A DNA stretch of 51,082 nucleotides from Candidatus Poseidoniaceae archaeon (GCA_028821785.1 JAPKFC010000004.1:1-51082), one strand, 5' to 3'. Positions 10,104 through 20,002 are shown, counted from the stretch's first letter. Notes: a model not told the origin generated them from the letters alone. Numbers and translations: made by a program.

Positions 10104-10282
10104 ATTACGGGGTGTTGTTTGACGATTGAAGAGGTTGCCGCATATTTCAACATCGTTGGTAATGTAAATTCAAATCTTTAAATCAACCGAGGTTATTTCG
10201 GTTGACAGCAAAAGTGCATTTATCACCACAACATACACCTTCGTGGGCGATGACTCTTTGAATCCCCCTTGCAAGCCATTGG

Positions 10283-13252
10283 ATGATGTCGCAGCGCGTG
10301 TCGTATCAATACGGGGCCAAAGGTAGCAGTTTGTTCCTTGTGTTTTTGCTTCTTATTTCTTCTCTCGGAAGCCTCACTGCTCTACCTGGCGTTAGTGCTT
10401 CGGAAACGGGTGATCTTGCAATTATTGATGGCATTTCACCATCTGAAGACACTTGGGCTTCATCATTTGACACATTTTCATTCACCGCTCAAATTAAAAA
10501 TCAAGGTTTGGGTTATGCTGGATTAGATAGATTAATGCGTTGGCATGTTTGTTTAGGTGATTTAGATGGACCCGTATGTAAATCAAACTATGAGTCAAGA
10601 GGTCAGTTCACCCTGGTAAATATTGCTCAAGGACAATACTCCAATATCACTTCCGCAAATACTTGGATCCCACCAGCTGGGGCAGAAGGAATTGTAACCG
10701 TAGTATATTCCTTTGATTTAACAGACCAAGTGCCTAGTAATGATTTATTGAAATATAATTTTAACGTATCACAATCATTTGTTGATTTGAGCGTAGATGA
10801 ATCATGGAAACCGTATGATGACATTGAAGGTCTTGCAACTTTTGAGGGTCAAAAGATACTAAATTCAAATACAGATTATACTCTAAAGGCTAAAGGAACG
10901 GTCAATAGTTGTGGTTCATGTAACTTCAATGCAACCATTGGATGGCAACTATGGGATCAAGGTGAAACTGTTATGCTCGATGAGTCATACTCGTACAACT
11001 CTGGATTGAACTCTTGGGGTGTAGTTATGGCATTTGGCCACCAAATGCCTGTGTTTAATTATCCATTTGCGGGAACATATATTCTAAAATGGGGCTTGTA
11101 TAACAGTACTGGAACTCCTTATAGCGACCTAAATGATTTCAATGACATTACTTCGACATCCATCATTCTTGACGATACTATTGATATTGCAGTGATGTTG
11201 ATGTATCCTGCACATGACTCAAGTTCGGAAGACTATTATTTCGGAAATGAAATGGTTTTTTCAGAGGTAATAAATTTAGGTAACAAAACGGTAGGAAACT
11301 TCTTTGTAGCGTTTGAAGTATTTGACTTAGGTAGTGAATTAAAAATGGAAGAGCAATGTCAAGTAATCTCTCTGATACCAAGTCAAAGTCAGGTTTGCAA
11401 ATTCAATATTACGGTGACAGGAGATAACCGAATCCTAAAGATTTCTGCACCTAATACATACCTTAGCGGCCAAGACGCTAAAACTTCAGATAATATCATC
11501 AGTGAGCAAGCCGATATTCTTGCAGGCGATATTCAAGCAGAAATACAGCAAGAAAATTCCAATGGAAAATACAATACTGGCGACTATATTGAGATGGTAG
11601 GAAAAACTGGAGTTACTGCTGCTGAACCGTTAAATTATTCGTGGTGGGTCTCTGGAATTATTAACTTAGGATATGGTCAAGTTCTAAACATCAGTGGAAG
11701 TACTTTGGGACTAGGTGACCATACGATTACACTTAGGGTAATAGATGATTTCGGAACTGTTGATTCTGTACATGAATATATCACAATTTTCGATCATATT
11801 GATATCAGTAATGAACCATATTACACAGGAAGTGCAATCACACGTTCGGAAGCATATCTAGAAACAGAAACAATTCTACCTAAACTTGGCATTAATTATG
11901 GAGTTGGCTCTGGCCAAGAACCATTGTTGTTAATGTCGTTTGATATCTTGTCACTGGCGGATGGTTCTGCTGATGTTGGAATGGAATTGATGGAAGTTAC
12001 ACTCAACATGAGCGCTCTATTACCATCTAATATCAATCTCACAACTGTTGATGTCCGCCAAATTGATTCTATTGACGATAATATTTGGTCATTTATTGAA
12101 CCTCCTAATGAATTAACAAATAATGAAGATGGTACATTTACTGTGAACATGAAGTCTAACGGAGCGATTCTAATCGTGGGAGTTTTACCTGAAGCAAATG
12201 TTTCTTTGGGAGATGTTGACAATACTCTCCTCAAAGACGGCCAAATAGAATTAAATTGGACGATTTCAGGTGATTTGTCAAATCCATATTTGGGAGGCTG
12301 GCAAATATACAAAATCATTGGCGGAGAATCGAGTTCAACTTATTTCCCAGACCCTAATGGTGGAATAAATCCATTGGTTTGGGAAGAACTAACCCTTGAA
12401 ACAAAGGTTGCCACTATCACAACCGCTACAGACAATTGGATTGACCCTGTTAATTTGCAAACCGGCGACTGTGCCTCATATGCAATAATGCCTGCTGATA
12501 GAGCTGGAACTCCAGATTATCTGAAAGCCAGTATTACAACTAATGCAGATGGAATTCCAGGTATGATTTGTGGTGATGCTATTCCGCCATCTGCCACAAT
12601 CTCCAACTTTGTTTCCAATTATGATTTCACCAACTCAAGCGATTGTTATGACCTTTCTAGAGATTGGAATATGTGCTATGAAGTAAATTTGACTTGGACA
12701 TGGCCTGATGATGAATTAAGTGGGCCAATTTCTTGGAATTTATACAGAGTTGAGTCACGGCCTGTCAATGTAGACTTGAAGTATATCACGCCTATTTCTA
12801 CCGCCATCCAATCAACCCCTGGTGAAACTGGATACTTCAATCAAAGCGGAAGCGAAATTGATGGAATAAGACCTTACAGAACATACTATTACATCCTTGC
12901 ACCTATTGATTGGGTAGGAAATGAAAACACTTTGGCATCCTATCCATCTAGTAATGTGAAAAGAGTCAATATCGAAGACCTATGGTGGGACTATAACCAA
13001 CATATCATCCCTGTGCCGCCAGTACCAGAAGAGCCACCTCTCGGAGTACCATGGCTAGGGGATTTACAAGATTCAATGCAAAAGGAGATCTTCCTGTATT
13101 CTGGTGGAACACTCATTATGATTCTATTATTAAGTATCATTTTAGTCCCACTGATAATGAAGAAGAGAAAGAGATTGAAGCGTGTTATTGCTGCTAGGAA
13201 CCGTCGTAAGTCAGCAAGTAGTGACGATGATTTTGAAGATTTCTTTGACTGA
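10283..13252 (+). CDS. Large acidic multi-domain cell-surface protein (Ig/CARDB/Fn3-like repeats) with C-terminal membrane anchor
   Basis: 989 aa; signal peptide; repeated beta-rich units ending in PSND/FND/SDN-type motifs; Pro-rich linker, TM helix, KKRKR and acidic tail. Confidence 0.75.
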   Translation: MMSQRVSYQYGAKGSSLFLVFLLLISSLGSLTALPGVSASETGDLAIIDGISPSEDTWASSFDTFSFTAQIKNQGLGYAGLDRLMRWHVCLGDLDGPVCKSNYESRGQFTLVNIAQGQYSNITSANTWIPPAGAEGIVTVVYSFDLTDQVPSNDLLKYNFNVSQSFVDLSVDESWKPYDDIEGLATFEGQKILNSNTDYTLKAKGTVNSCGSCNFNATIGWQLWDQGETVMLDESYSYNSGLNSWGVVMAFGHQMPVFNYPFAGTYILKWGLYNSTGTPYSDLNDFNDITSTSIILDDTIDIAVMLMYPAHDSSSEDYYFGNEMVFSEVINLGNKTVGNFFVAFEVFDLGSELKMEEQCQVISLIPSQSQVCKFNITVTGDNRILKISAPNTYLSGQDAKTSDNIISEQADILAGDIQAEIQQENSNGKYNTGDYIEMVGKTGVTAAEPLNYSWWVSGIINLGYGQVLNISGSTLGLGDHTITLRVIDDFGTVDSVHEYITIFDHIDISNEPYYTGSAITRSEAYLETETILPKLGINYGVGSGQEPLLLMSFDILSLADGSADVGMELMEVTLNMSALLPSNINLTTVDVRQIDSIDDNIWSFIEPPNELTNNEDGTFTVNMKSNGAILIVGVLPEANVSLGDVDNTLLKDGQIELNWTISGDLSNPYLGGWQIYKIIGGESSSTYFPDPNGGINPLVWEELTLETKVATITTATDNWIDPVNLQTGDCASYAIMPADRAGTPDYLKASITTNADGIPGMICGDAIPPSATISNFVSNYDFTNSSDCYDLSRDWNMCYEVNLTWTWPDDELSGPISWNLYRVESRPVNVDLKYITPISTAIQSTPGETGYFNQSGSEIDGIRPYRTYYYILAPIDWVGNENTLASYPSSNVKRVNIEDLWWDYNQHIIPVPPVPEEPPLGVPWLGDLQDSMQKEIFLYSGGTLIMILLLSIILVPLIMKKRKRLKRVIAARNRRKSASSDDDFEDFFD

Positions 13253-13265
13253 ACTAAAAGAGAAA

Positions 13266-13352
13266 TGGCGCGATGAGGGAGATTTGAACTCCCGTGAGAC
13301 GAGCCCACTGGATTAGCAATCCAGCGCAATGGCCAGGCTATGCGATCACCGC
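13266..13352 (-). tRNA. tRNA-Ser (anticodon GCT), intronless, CCA encoded
   Basis: Reverse complement is GCGGTGA...CTGGA-TTGCTAA-TCCAG, a long variable arm, GGGAG-TTCAAAT-CTCCC, then TCATCGC-G-CCA. Acceptor, anticodon and T stems all pair. Confidence 0.96.
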
Positions 13353-13371
13353 TTGTAGTTGCGGCCACCGG

Positions 13372-13398
13372 TGAACCCGTCATCAAGATGACGGTTCA
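13372..13398. promoter_or_regulatory. Inverted repeat between ctaB and tRNA-Ser
   Basis: TGAACCCGTCATC-AA-GATGACGGTTCA: 12 bp stem with one bulge, 20-46 nt upstream of the tRNA 5' end. Confidence 0.4.
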
Positions 13399-13444
13399 AC
13401 GCCATCCAATTAACAATGGCAAATATGTTTGCAGTACCACGCTT

Positions 13445-14458
13445 TCAAACCAATGGGCCAAGGGAGCCTAGCCACGCAGGAGGGATGGCGCAAACCACTA
13501 CTAGAACAAGGAACATCCAACCCAAATAATACAATGAACGGAAGAATGACTTTGCTGCTTTTGGCATCCGACCATTTTCATCAAAGTCTTCCAGTGGATC
13601 TATGCTCCAAACTGATTTCGCATACCATAAGGTAAGACCTGTCGCAAAAATTGACCATAACAATGGAAGGCCTGATTCGGGCCAAAATAGTGGTACAGCA
13701 CCTAATAACAACAATAGCACACAGTACACTTTAGATTCTGTTACTGTACGTTTTGGACCTTTTACTTCATTCATCATCGGAACATTTGCCTTAGCATACT
13801 CACCTGAACGGTAAAGTGCTAAGGCCCAAAAATGAGGAGGCGTCCATAAGAATATCAACATGAATAGCATCCATGGAATCGGAGAACCCAAATCAAAAGG
13901 ATTGCTTGAATCTATTGTACTCGCAGCCGCTGCAGCCCAACCAATGACTGGAGGTGTTGCCCCTGCAGCACCGCCGATAACGATGTTTTGTGGAGTTCTA
14001 CGTTTTAGCAGCATTGAATAAATGAATACATAAAAAGCAACAGAGAAAAATGACCAAAATGCTGCCTTCCAATGAACTAAGAAGAATAGTGATGAACCTA
14101 AAACTGCAATTGTGATTCCAAAGATTAGCGCACCTCTTGCAGAGATATGACCTAGCGGAACTGGTCGGTTTTGAGTTCTTTTCATCTTAGGGTCGATATC
14201 TGCATCATACCACATGTTGATGGCATTAGAGCCACCTGCAGAGAGAGTTCCTGCAACCACGGTAATTAGAATTGTTTGAACTGTATCCATCCAAGTTCGA
14301 TCTATGCTCAACAAGTCATGGCGGGCTAATAAGTCGTGAATTAAAATTGCACAAACAGCTGTTATCTGCAGTAATACAATTACTCTCAATTTCATCAATT
14401 GAAGAAAAACATTCACCATGCCTGGATGAGGAATTGATTGATTGATTTCCTCACTCAT
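13445..14458 (-). CDS. ctaB: Heme O synthase (protoheme IX farnesyltransferase)
   Basis: NMWYDADIDPKMKRTQNRP, LKRRTPQNIVIGGAAG and FLWTPPHFWALA motifs. Confidence 0.97.
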   Translation of the reverse strand: MSEEINQSIPHPGMVNVFLQLMKLRVIVLLQITAVCAILIHDLLARHDLLSIDRTWMDTVQTILITVVAGTLSAGGSNAINMWYDADIDPKMKRTQNRPVPLGHISARGALIFGITIAVLGSSLFFLVHWKAAFWSFFSVAFYVFIYSMLLKRRTPQNIVIGGAAGATPPVIGWAAAAASTIDSSNPFDLGSPIPWMLFMLIFLWTPPHFWALALYRSGEYAKANVPMMNEVKGPKRTVTESKVYCVLLLLLGAVPLFWPESGLPLLWSIFATGLTLWYAKSVWSIDPLEDFDENGRMPKAAKSFFRSLYYLGWMFLVLVVVCAIPPAWLGSLGPLV

Positions 14459-14460
14459 AA

Positions 14461-15525
14461 TTATTCCTCAGATAAATCCATTGAAACTTCTTTACTAAAG
14501 CGCATCAAAATACTTGCGCAAATTGCTATTAAAACGCTACCTACTCCAACCACTAAATGAACCAGTGAAAGCCATTCGGGGAATTCATCTAATTGTGCTA
14601 AAATGATATATGAAGCACCGACCAAGAGATTTAAACCCCAGAATCCGGTTGTTAACGATGCAAATGTTTTGAATCCGGATGCGTTCTTATCTTGTCTAAC
14701 GCTTTCAGTGATTTTTGCAGTAGATAATATCAGCAATATTCCAACTACTAATGCTCCAGTACGGTGAATCATTTGAACCATTATTCCTGGACCATCAATC
14801 GAGGGCAAAAAGGTACCATTACATTTTGGCCAACCGTTAGGAAATCCTACCGAACAGGATTGATTATATTGGCCACGGGCTGTACTTGCAACCCAAGCGC
14901 CAAGAATTAGAAGAATAAATACTGCTGCTGTCATCGAATCAATTCTCTTTGCATGGTTATGGAAAAAGTCTTGTGAAGTCTTCAATAATGACCAATCTGC
15001 TCCTTCACAAATTCTCATCCATAAATATTGATACATCAAAGTTGATGCCCAAATACAAGCCAATGAGAGATGTAATGCTACTGACCAATCAACATTATCG
15101 AAAATAACAGTTACCGCTCCTACTAACGCTTGCGTAATGAGTAAGACACCTGCAAGAAGGGATACTTTTACCGTTCTATCCCCGTATTCTTCTTTTAATT
15201 TCTTAGCCATTAAAAAATTCAATAATACTGGTACTGCCACTACTGCAACGAGTAAACGGTGTAACCATTCAGTGAAAATTTGGAATGTTGTATAGCGATG
15301 GTCGGTTCCACGTGAATCCTCATGGCCGGGATTATCTTCCCAGAATTGTTGTTGCTCTTGTTCGGAAACATCGAAAGTCCAAGTGCCAAAACATTGTGGC
15401 CAATCGGGGCATGATTCTCCAGCATCATTGATCCGGATTGTGCCCCCGACTACGATTATCAGCAATGAGATTACCAACAATGCCAATGGAAAGGCACTAG
15501 GGCGGGCCCACCAAACTCGGTCCAT
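14461..15525 (-). CDS. ctaA: Heme A synthase, type 1 with two Cys pairs
   Basis: AGESCPDWPQC, EWLHR, HLSLA, CSVGFPNGWPKC, QMIHR and LVHL; probable start MDRV at 15525 (ORF open to 15639). Confidence 0.93.
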   Translation of the reverse strand: MDRVWWARPSAFPLALLVISLLIIVVGGTIRINDAGESCPDWPQCFGTWTFDVSEQEQQQFWEDNPGHEDSRGTDHRYTTFQIFTEWLHRLLVAVVAVPVLLNFLMAKKLKEEYGDRTVKVSLLAGVLLITQALVGAVTVIFDNVDWSVALHLSLACIWASTLMYQYLWMRICEGADWSLLKTSQDFFHNHAKRIDSMTAAVFILLILGAWVASTARGQYNQSCSVGFPNGWPKCNGTFLPSIDGPGIMVQMIHRTGALVVGILLILSTAKITESVRQDKNASGFKTFASLTTGFWGLNLLVGASYIILAQLDEFPEWLSLVHLVVGVGSVLIAICASILMRFSKEVSMDLSEE

Positions 15526-15577
15526 GCTTGAAGCCTGTTGCAGACCCCTTTTGAACACATTCCCATAGCGCTTGTTA

Positions 15578-16501
15578 ATGGCCGGTAGTAGGAGGCGGGT
15601 TTTGTTGTGGATTGCAGTTTTTCTATTGCTACCCATCACTATAACAAATACATCTTCAGAAAATGGAGAAGTTATAGATGATGGCGATACTATTGCAGTC
15701 CAATATATTGATTATTCGTGCTATCAACAATCACTAGAATGTCAAGCAACCGAAAGCGAGCATATTGTGGAATATTTCGGCGCTGATTGGTGTGAACCTT
15801 GTCAAATTGTCGAAGATAACTTAGCAATGATGAATCGAACTGATACAGTTATTCTTCAGCATCATGCTTCGGTTGAAGATTATACTTATCTTAATTATTC
15901 AAAATTGAGATACGATGCCAAATTTAGATTGTTATTTATTCCAAGTTTAGTAATTGATGGCAATGGATTGCTTACCGGTTCGAGTCAATCTTTCGACTTG
16001 AATCAATCACTCAATAACCATACAGGATTGCTAAATAATAGTCTCAGTGATGTGGTCTTGGAAAATGGCATTGTTCGTTGGAACCATTCCTCTGGTCAAA
16101 CACTGACAATTTGGAGATTGGATTCTACACAACATGATAGCAGGAATTTCACCCACCAATATCTAGCATCAGATTCTGTTACAATCGATTTGAACGATCC
16201 AAATATCTCCAGCGATGAAGGAGTTAATATCACCGGCTTGCTGCAAAATTGGAGTGGTCGGCTAATTTTCATATTGGAAAACAATGGCTCTCCACAACTG
16301 CAATCATATAGTGATAAAACTGCGACTAATATGGAATTTAATGAGGATGAAAATGAAGTTGAAACTCAAGTAGAAACCTCTAATTCAGCCCACTATGCAG
16401 CGATATGGTTTGTAATAATGCTGATATTAATCACTCCCGCAATAATACTCTGGGTAAAGGAAACAAAGCATCCTAATCAATCAATTCTTGAGCAAGAATG
16501 A
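15578..16501 (+). CDS. Exported thioredoxin-like CxxC protein with C-terminal membrane anchor
   Basis: Signal-like N-terminus, VEYFGADWCEPC, FIPSLVIDG (cis-Pro-like) and a C-terminal TM helix. Confidence 0.75.
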   Translation: MAGSRRRVLLWIAVFLLLPITITNTSSENGEVIDDGDTIAVQYIDYSCYQQSLECQATESEHIVEYFGADWCEPCQIVEDNLAMMNRTDTVILQHHASVEDYTYLNYSKLRYDAKFRLLFIPSLVIDGNGLLTGSSQSFDLNQSLNNHTGLLNNSLSDVVLENGIVRWNHSSGQTLTIWRLDSTQHDSRNFTHQYLASDSVTIDLNDPNISSDEGVNITGLLQNWSGRLIFILENNGSPQLQSYSDKTATNMEFNEDENEVETQVETSNSAHYAAIWFVIMLILITPAIILWVKETKHPNQSILEQE

Positions 16502-16588
16502 ATCTTTATTGAAGCACCCTTCGGGGGTAGGTTCAAAAAGAGAAGGCAGTAGCCCACGAATGCGAGTTCGCTCGTAGGTGTCATTAAA

Positions 16589-16843
16589 ATGGTAAAACCA
16601 GCCCGAAAACATACACGTTTTGAACGCGCTAGAATTATTGGTGCCCGGGCACTACAAATTGGAATGGGTGCCCCGCTATTCGCTTCCGAAGAAGTTCTTC
16701 GGGAGGCTTTTCGAGCAGAATTAGTTACTCTTTATGGATTGGAAGAAGCTTCAGTTCGTTTCGTATTAGATCCTCTAAAGATTGCTCTGTATGAATACGA
16801 CCACGAGTTAATCCCAATCGATATTGACCCTCACTTAGATTGA
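16589..16843 (+). CDS. rpoK: DNA-directed RNA polymerase subunit Rpo6 (K)
   Basis: TRFERARIIGARALQIGMGAP...DPLKIALYE...IPI. Confidence 0.96.
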   Translation: MVKPARKHTRFERARIIGARALQIGMGAPLFASEEVLREAFRAELVTLYGLEEASVRFVLDPLKIALYEYDHELIPIDIDPHLD

Positions 16844-16860
16844 TTGTCAATTATTATTGC

Positions 16861-17952
16861 TCAAGACTGAGCAAAGCCATAGAATTCTAAATTCTTTACA
16901 TCCGGCAGAGCGTCTCGCTTTACCAATAATGTGCGAACCGACCAAAGATCAACAAAAATTCTGTATTTGAGAGTAGCATCGAGATAATCAACACCACTAG
17001 AGCCACCAGTTCCCATTCTTCTTCCAATCATTCTCTCCACCATTCTTGCATGATGAGAACGGAACAATAGCATTGATTGTTCTAATTCTACTACGGTATC
17101 AATTAATTTTCTTGGCCATGCAAGTAGGGGCAATTCGCGGTATGATTCAATGAATAGCAAACCTGCTCTACTTCTATTAATTTCTCCATCCGGCATTAAG
17201 AACGAACGAGCACCATCAATTCCAGCTTCTATTCTTGCCCTGACAGGTTCTTCTTCACCATGGCCAATTTCAACAATGTGAGATATTACTGATTCTCCAT
17301 GCCCTGTCATAGCCTCAATGTGCCCTTCTATGAATTGTGAAATGATTTCATCGTCACCAGCGTCGGAAGAAATTGAACCGTTGATCGGTGTGCGTCCTAA
17401 CCAATCGGTTAGTACATCATTGAGTGATGGACGAGAAGAGACCTCCTCGAAGTTGTCAAACACTTCTTGACTTACTTTACCTTCACCAACTAATTTCTTC
17501 ATGTGTGCCAATGGGTCCATTCCACCCATGCGTTGTGAATTATCCAAACCTAGAATTACTTCTAATTCCCTCATCTGCCAAGACTCAAATCCTGATGAAG
17601 TTCCTAATTTATCACGGAATGCCAAAAATTCTTGAGGATCGAGAGTTTGCATCACATCCCATTGATGAGACATCAAATTCATAATTGTAGTAACTCTATC
17701 AAAATGATGAACTATTTGCGGGATTGATTGTTCATCGACGCTACTTTCTGAAAGTAATTGATATGCTTCTTTAAGTTCACTTAACACCAATTTAAACCAT
17801 AATTCAAATGATTGGTGGACTATAATAAAATGTAATTCGTTATTGCATGGGGCCGGTGAATATCCTTGTGGCCCGCCTTGTAATTTCAAAAGTTCCTCTA
17901 TACGAAGATATCCGCCGTAGGTCATCCTTGATGCTGGTTTGTCCTCTGCCAT
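16861..17952 (-). CDS. kynA: Tryptophan 2,3-dioxygenase
   Basis: TYGGYL, ELHFIIVHQSFELWFK, FRDKLGTSSGFES and RSHHARMVERMIGRRMGTGGSSGVDYL. Confidence 0.96.
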   Translation of the reverse strand: MAEDKPASRMTYGGYLRIEELLKLQGGPQGYSPAPCNNELHFIIVHQSFELWFKLVLSELKEAYQLLSESSVDEQSIPQIVHHFDRVTTIMNLMSHQWDVMQTLDPQEFLAFRDKLGTSSGFESWQMRELEVILGLDNSQRMGGMDPLAHMKKLVGEGKVSQEVFDNFEEVSSRPSLNDVLTDWLGRTPINGSISSDAGDDEIISQFIEGHIEAMTGHGESVISHIVEIGHGEEEPVRARIEAGIDGARSFLMPDGEINRSRAGLLFIESYRELPLLAWPRKLIDTVVELEQSMLLFRSHHARMVERMIGRRMGTGGSSGVDYLDATLKYRIFVDLWSVRTLLVKRDALPDVKNLEFYGFAQS

Positions 17953-18140
17953 GGTTGGCGATTGCCATCAAGCCTTTGAATTGTTCACCCAATTATTTTG
18001 ATTAATGACTATTGGAAAATAATTTGCCACAACGCAAAGACTGAAAAAAAAGAGTTGTGAGTATAATGGATTACCTTCATTATTACTTTTGCACATTTAT
18101 TTAGGATAACGCATATAGGGGGAATACTAAACCCCTCAAC

Positions 18141-19253
18141 ATGGGCGTAGATTCCAATACACTGGCTACATGGCTGGCCGACTATGACCCAAGTCAAATC
18201 ACAATTGGAGTGGTTGCTTCTCATTCTTCATTGCAAATTCTTCATGGAGCTCGCCTTGAGGGTTTCAAAACATTAGGAATTGCCGTCGGTGAGAACAGAC
18301 GCCGTTATTACAAAGCATTCCCAGGTGCAGAACCAGATGAATGGTTAATGCTTGAAAATTATAGAGAAATGCTAGATTATGCTGAATGGTTTCGTAAAAG
18401 AAATGTTGTGATAATACCTCATGGCTCACTTGTTGAATATCTTGGTTCGACTAATTTTAGGTCTTTACAGGTTCCAACATTTGGTAATAGAGGGATATTA
18501 CATTGGGAAAGTAGCCGTGACAGACAACGCCAATGGCTAGAAGCAGGCGGCTGTACAATGCCAAAAGTCTACACTGACCCTCACGACATCGATGGTCCTG
18601 TTATCGTCAAATACGCTGGAGCAAAGGGTGGAAGAGGATACTTTATCGCAAGAGATTACAGAGACTTTCGCAGGAACGCAGATTTAGAAGATGAGTTTAC
18701 AATTCAAGAGTATGCATTAGGCTGCCGATATTACCTTCACTTCTTCTTTGACCCAACCGCAACTGATGGATTTCAAGTTCAGGGGCGAGGAAGTCATGCT
18801 GGACAAAATCTTGGTCGTCTTGAATTATTGAGCATGGATAGAAGAGATGAAGCGAATGTTGATGAATTTTACAAGTTAGGATCTCTTAGAGATTTGAGAG
18901 AAAAGGGAATAGAGCCTTCATTCGTAGTAACCGGTAACCAACCTGTTGTAATTCGTGAATCATTACTTCCACGTGCTTTTGAAATGGCTGAGGGGACTGT
19001 TTCTGCATCATTTGAACTAGAAGAAGGAGCAAAGGGGATGATTGGACCATTCTGCCTTGAAACAATTGTCACAGACCAACTTGAATTCAAAGTCTTTGAG
19101 ATCAGTGCAAGAATAGTGGCAGGGTCAAACCCATTCATTGGAGGTTCGCCATATTCGGATATCAATGAACCATTCATGTCCACTGGAAGAAGAATCGCTC
19201 GCTCCATCAAGAAGTCTATCGCCGATGGGACATTGCTCGACATTTTGTCTTGA
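18141..19253 (+). CDS. purP: Formate-dependent AICAR formyltransferase (FAICAR synthetase, ATP-grasp)
   Basis: ASHSSLQILHGARLEGF, IPHGS, GAKGGRGYF, VVIRESLL, GPFCLE, FEISARIVAG and MSTGRRIA. Confidence 0.95.
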   Translation: MGVDSNTLATWLADYDPSQITIGVVASHSSLQILHGARLEGFKTLGIAVGENRRRYYKAFPGAEPDEWLMLENYREMLDYAEWFRKRNVVIIPHGSLVEYLGSTNFRSLQVPTFGNRGILHWESSRDRQRQWLEAGGCTMPKVYTDPHDIDGPVIVKYAGAKGGRGYFIARDYRDFRRNADLEDEFTIQEYALGCRYYLHFFFDPTATDGFQVQGRGSHAGQNLGRLELLSMDRRDEANVDEFYKLGSLRDLREKGIEPSFVVTGNQPVVIRESLLPRAFEMAEGTVSASFELEEGAKGMIGPFCLETIVTDQLEFKVFEISARIVAGSNPFIGGSPYSDINEPFMSTGRRIARSIKKSIADGTLLDILS

Positions 19254-19303
19254 GAGTTTCCACTAAAATGAATTAGTAGATTCAAGTTTGGAATTAATTC
19301 CAA

Positions 19304-20002
19304 TCAATTATTTGAGGTAGGCAAAAACGGAATAAGCTTACCTGCAAGACTTTGAACGTTACGAGTTTGAATCCAAACACTACCTTGTCCTGTGAAGTTC
19401 ATTACAAGACCTTCTCCACCAACGAGGAACGACTTCATGCCACCGACTTTGTTGACGGTGTATTGAACAGAGTCTTCGAAAGCAACAACATGGCCAGTAT
19501 CAACAGTGATAGTTTGTCCAGGTTGGACTGGTATTTGCTTGATTGCTCCAAAGGAATTGTACCAGACTCTTCCGATGCTTCCGTCTTCGGTTGAGGCTTG
19601 GATGAAGAACATTGATTCACCACTGAAGAAGCCTTTTCCACCTTGGAATTTAGTATCGGTTTGAATATTGACGCTCGATGCTAAGTAAGATCCGCCTTGA
19701 ATGAACAACTTACGACCTGGATGGACGTTGAATCCTTGGATATCACCAGGAGAACCTGGTGCAACGCTGACCCAGCCACCGGCTGCGCCTGCTGTGAAGG
19801 TGTTGAGGAAAAAGGACTCTCCACCAAGAGCCATTTTCTTGAGGGACTTGAAGAATCCACCGCCGCTTTTACGAGTTTGCATTTCTACACCACCCATTGC
19901 CACCATAGCACCAGGTTCTACATTTACCGATTCACCAGGAGCGAGGGTATAGGTCAATAGTGTGTATGCAGGGTTAAACTCAACGGTTTCTTCCATGTTC
20001 AT
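19304..20002 (-). CDS. AIM24 / TIGR00266 family protein
   Basis: EPGAMVAM, GGESFFLNTF, FFSGE, VDTGHVVAF, GGEGLV and GSVWIQTR. Confidence 0.92.
   Translation of the reverse strand: MNMEETVEFNPAYTLLTYTLAPGESVNVEPGAMVAMGGVEMQTRKSGGGFFKSLKKMALGGESFFLNTFTAGAAGGWVSVAPGSPGDIQGFNVHPGRKLFIQGGSYLASSVNIQTDTKFQGGKGFFSGESMFFIQASTEDGSIGRVWYNSFGAIKQIPVQPGQTITVDTGHVVAFEDSVQYTVNKVGGMKSFLVGGEGLVMNFTGQGSVWIQTRNVQSLAGKLIPFLPTSNN

Noticed and set aside
10283-13352. Genomic island integrated at the tRNA-Ser 3' end
   Set aside because: I saw no integrase and no duplicated tRNA 3' end, and the flanks are housekeeping-like.
16517-16526. C(UUCG)G tetraloop hairpin upstream of rpoK
   Set aside because: The stem is only 3 bp, which is expected by chance.
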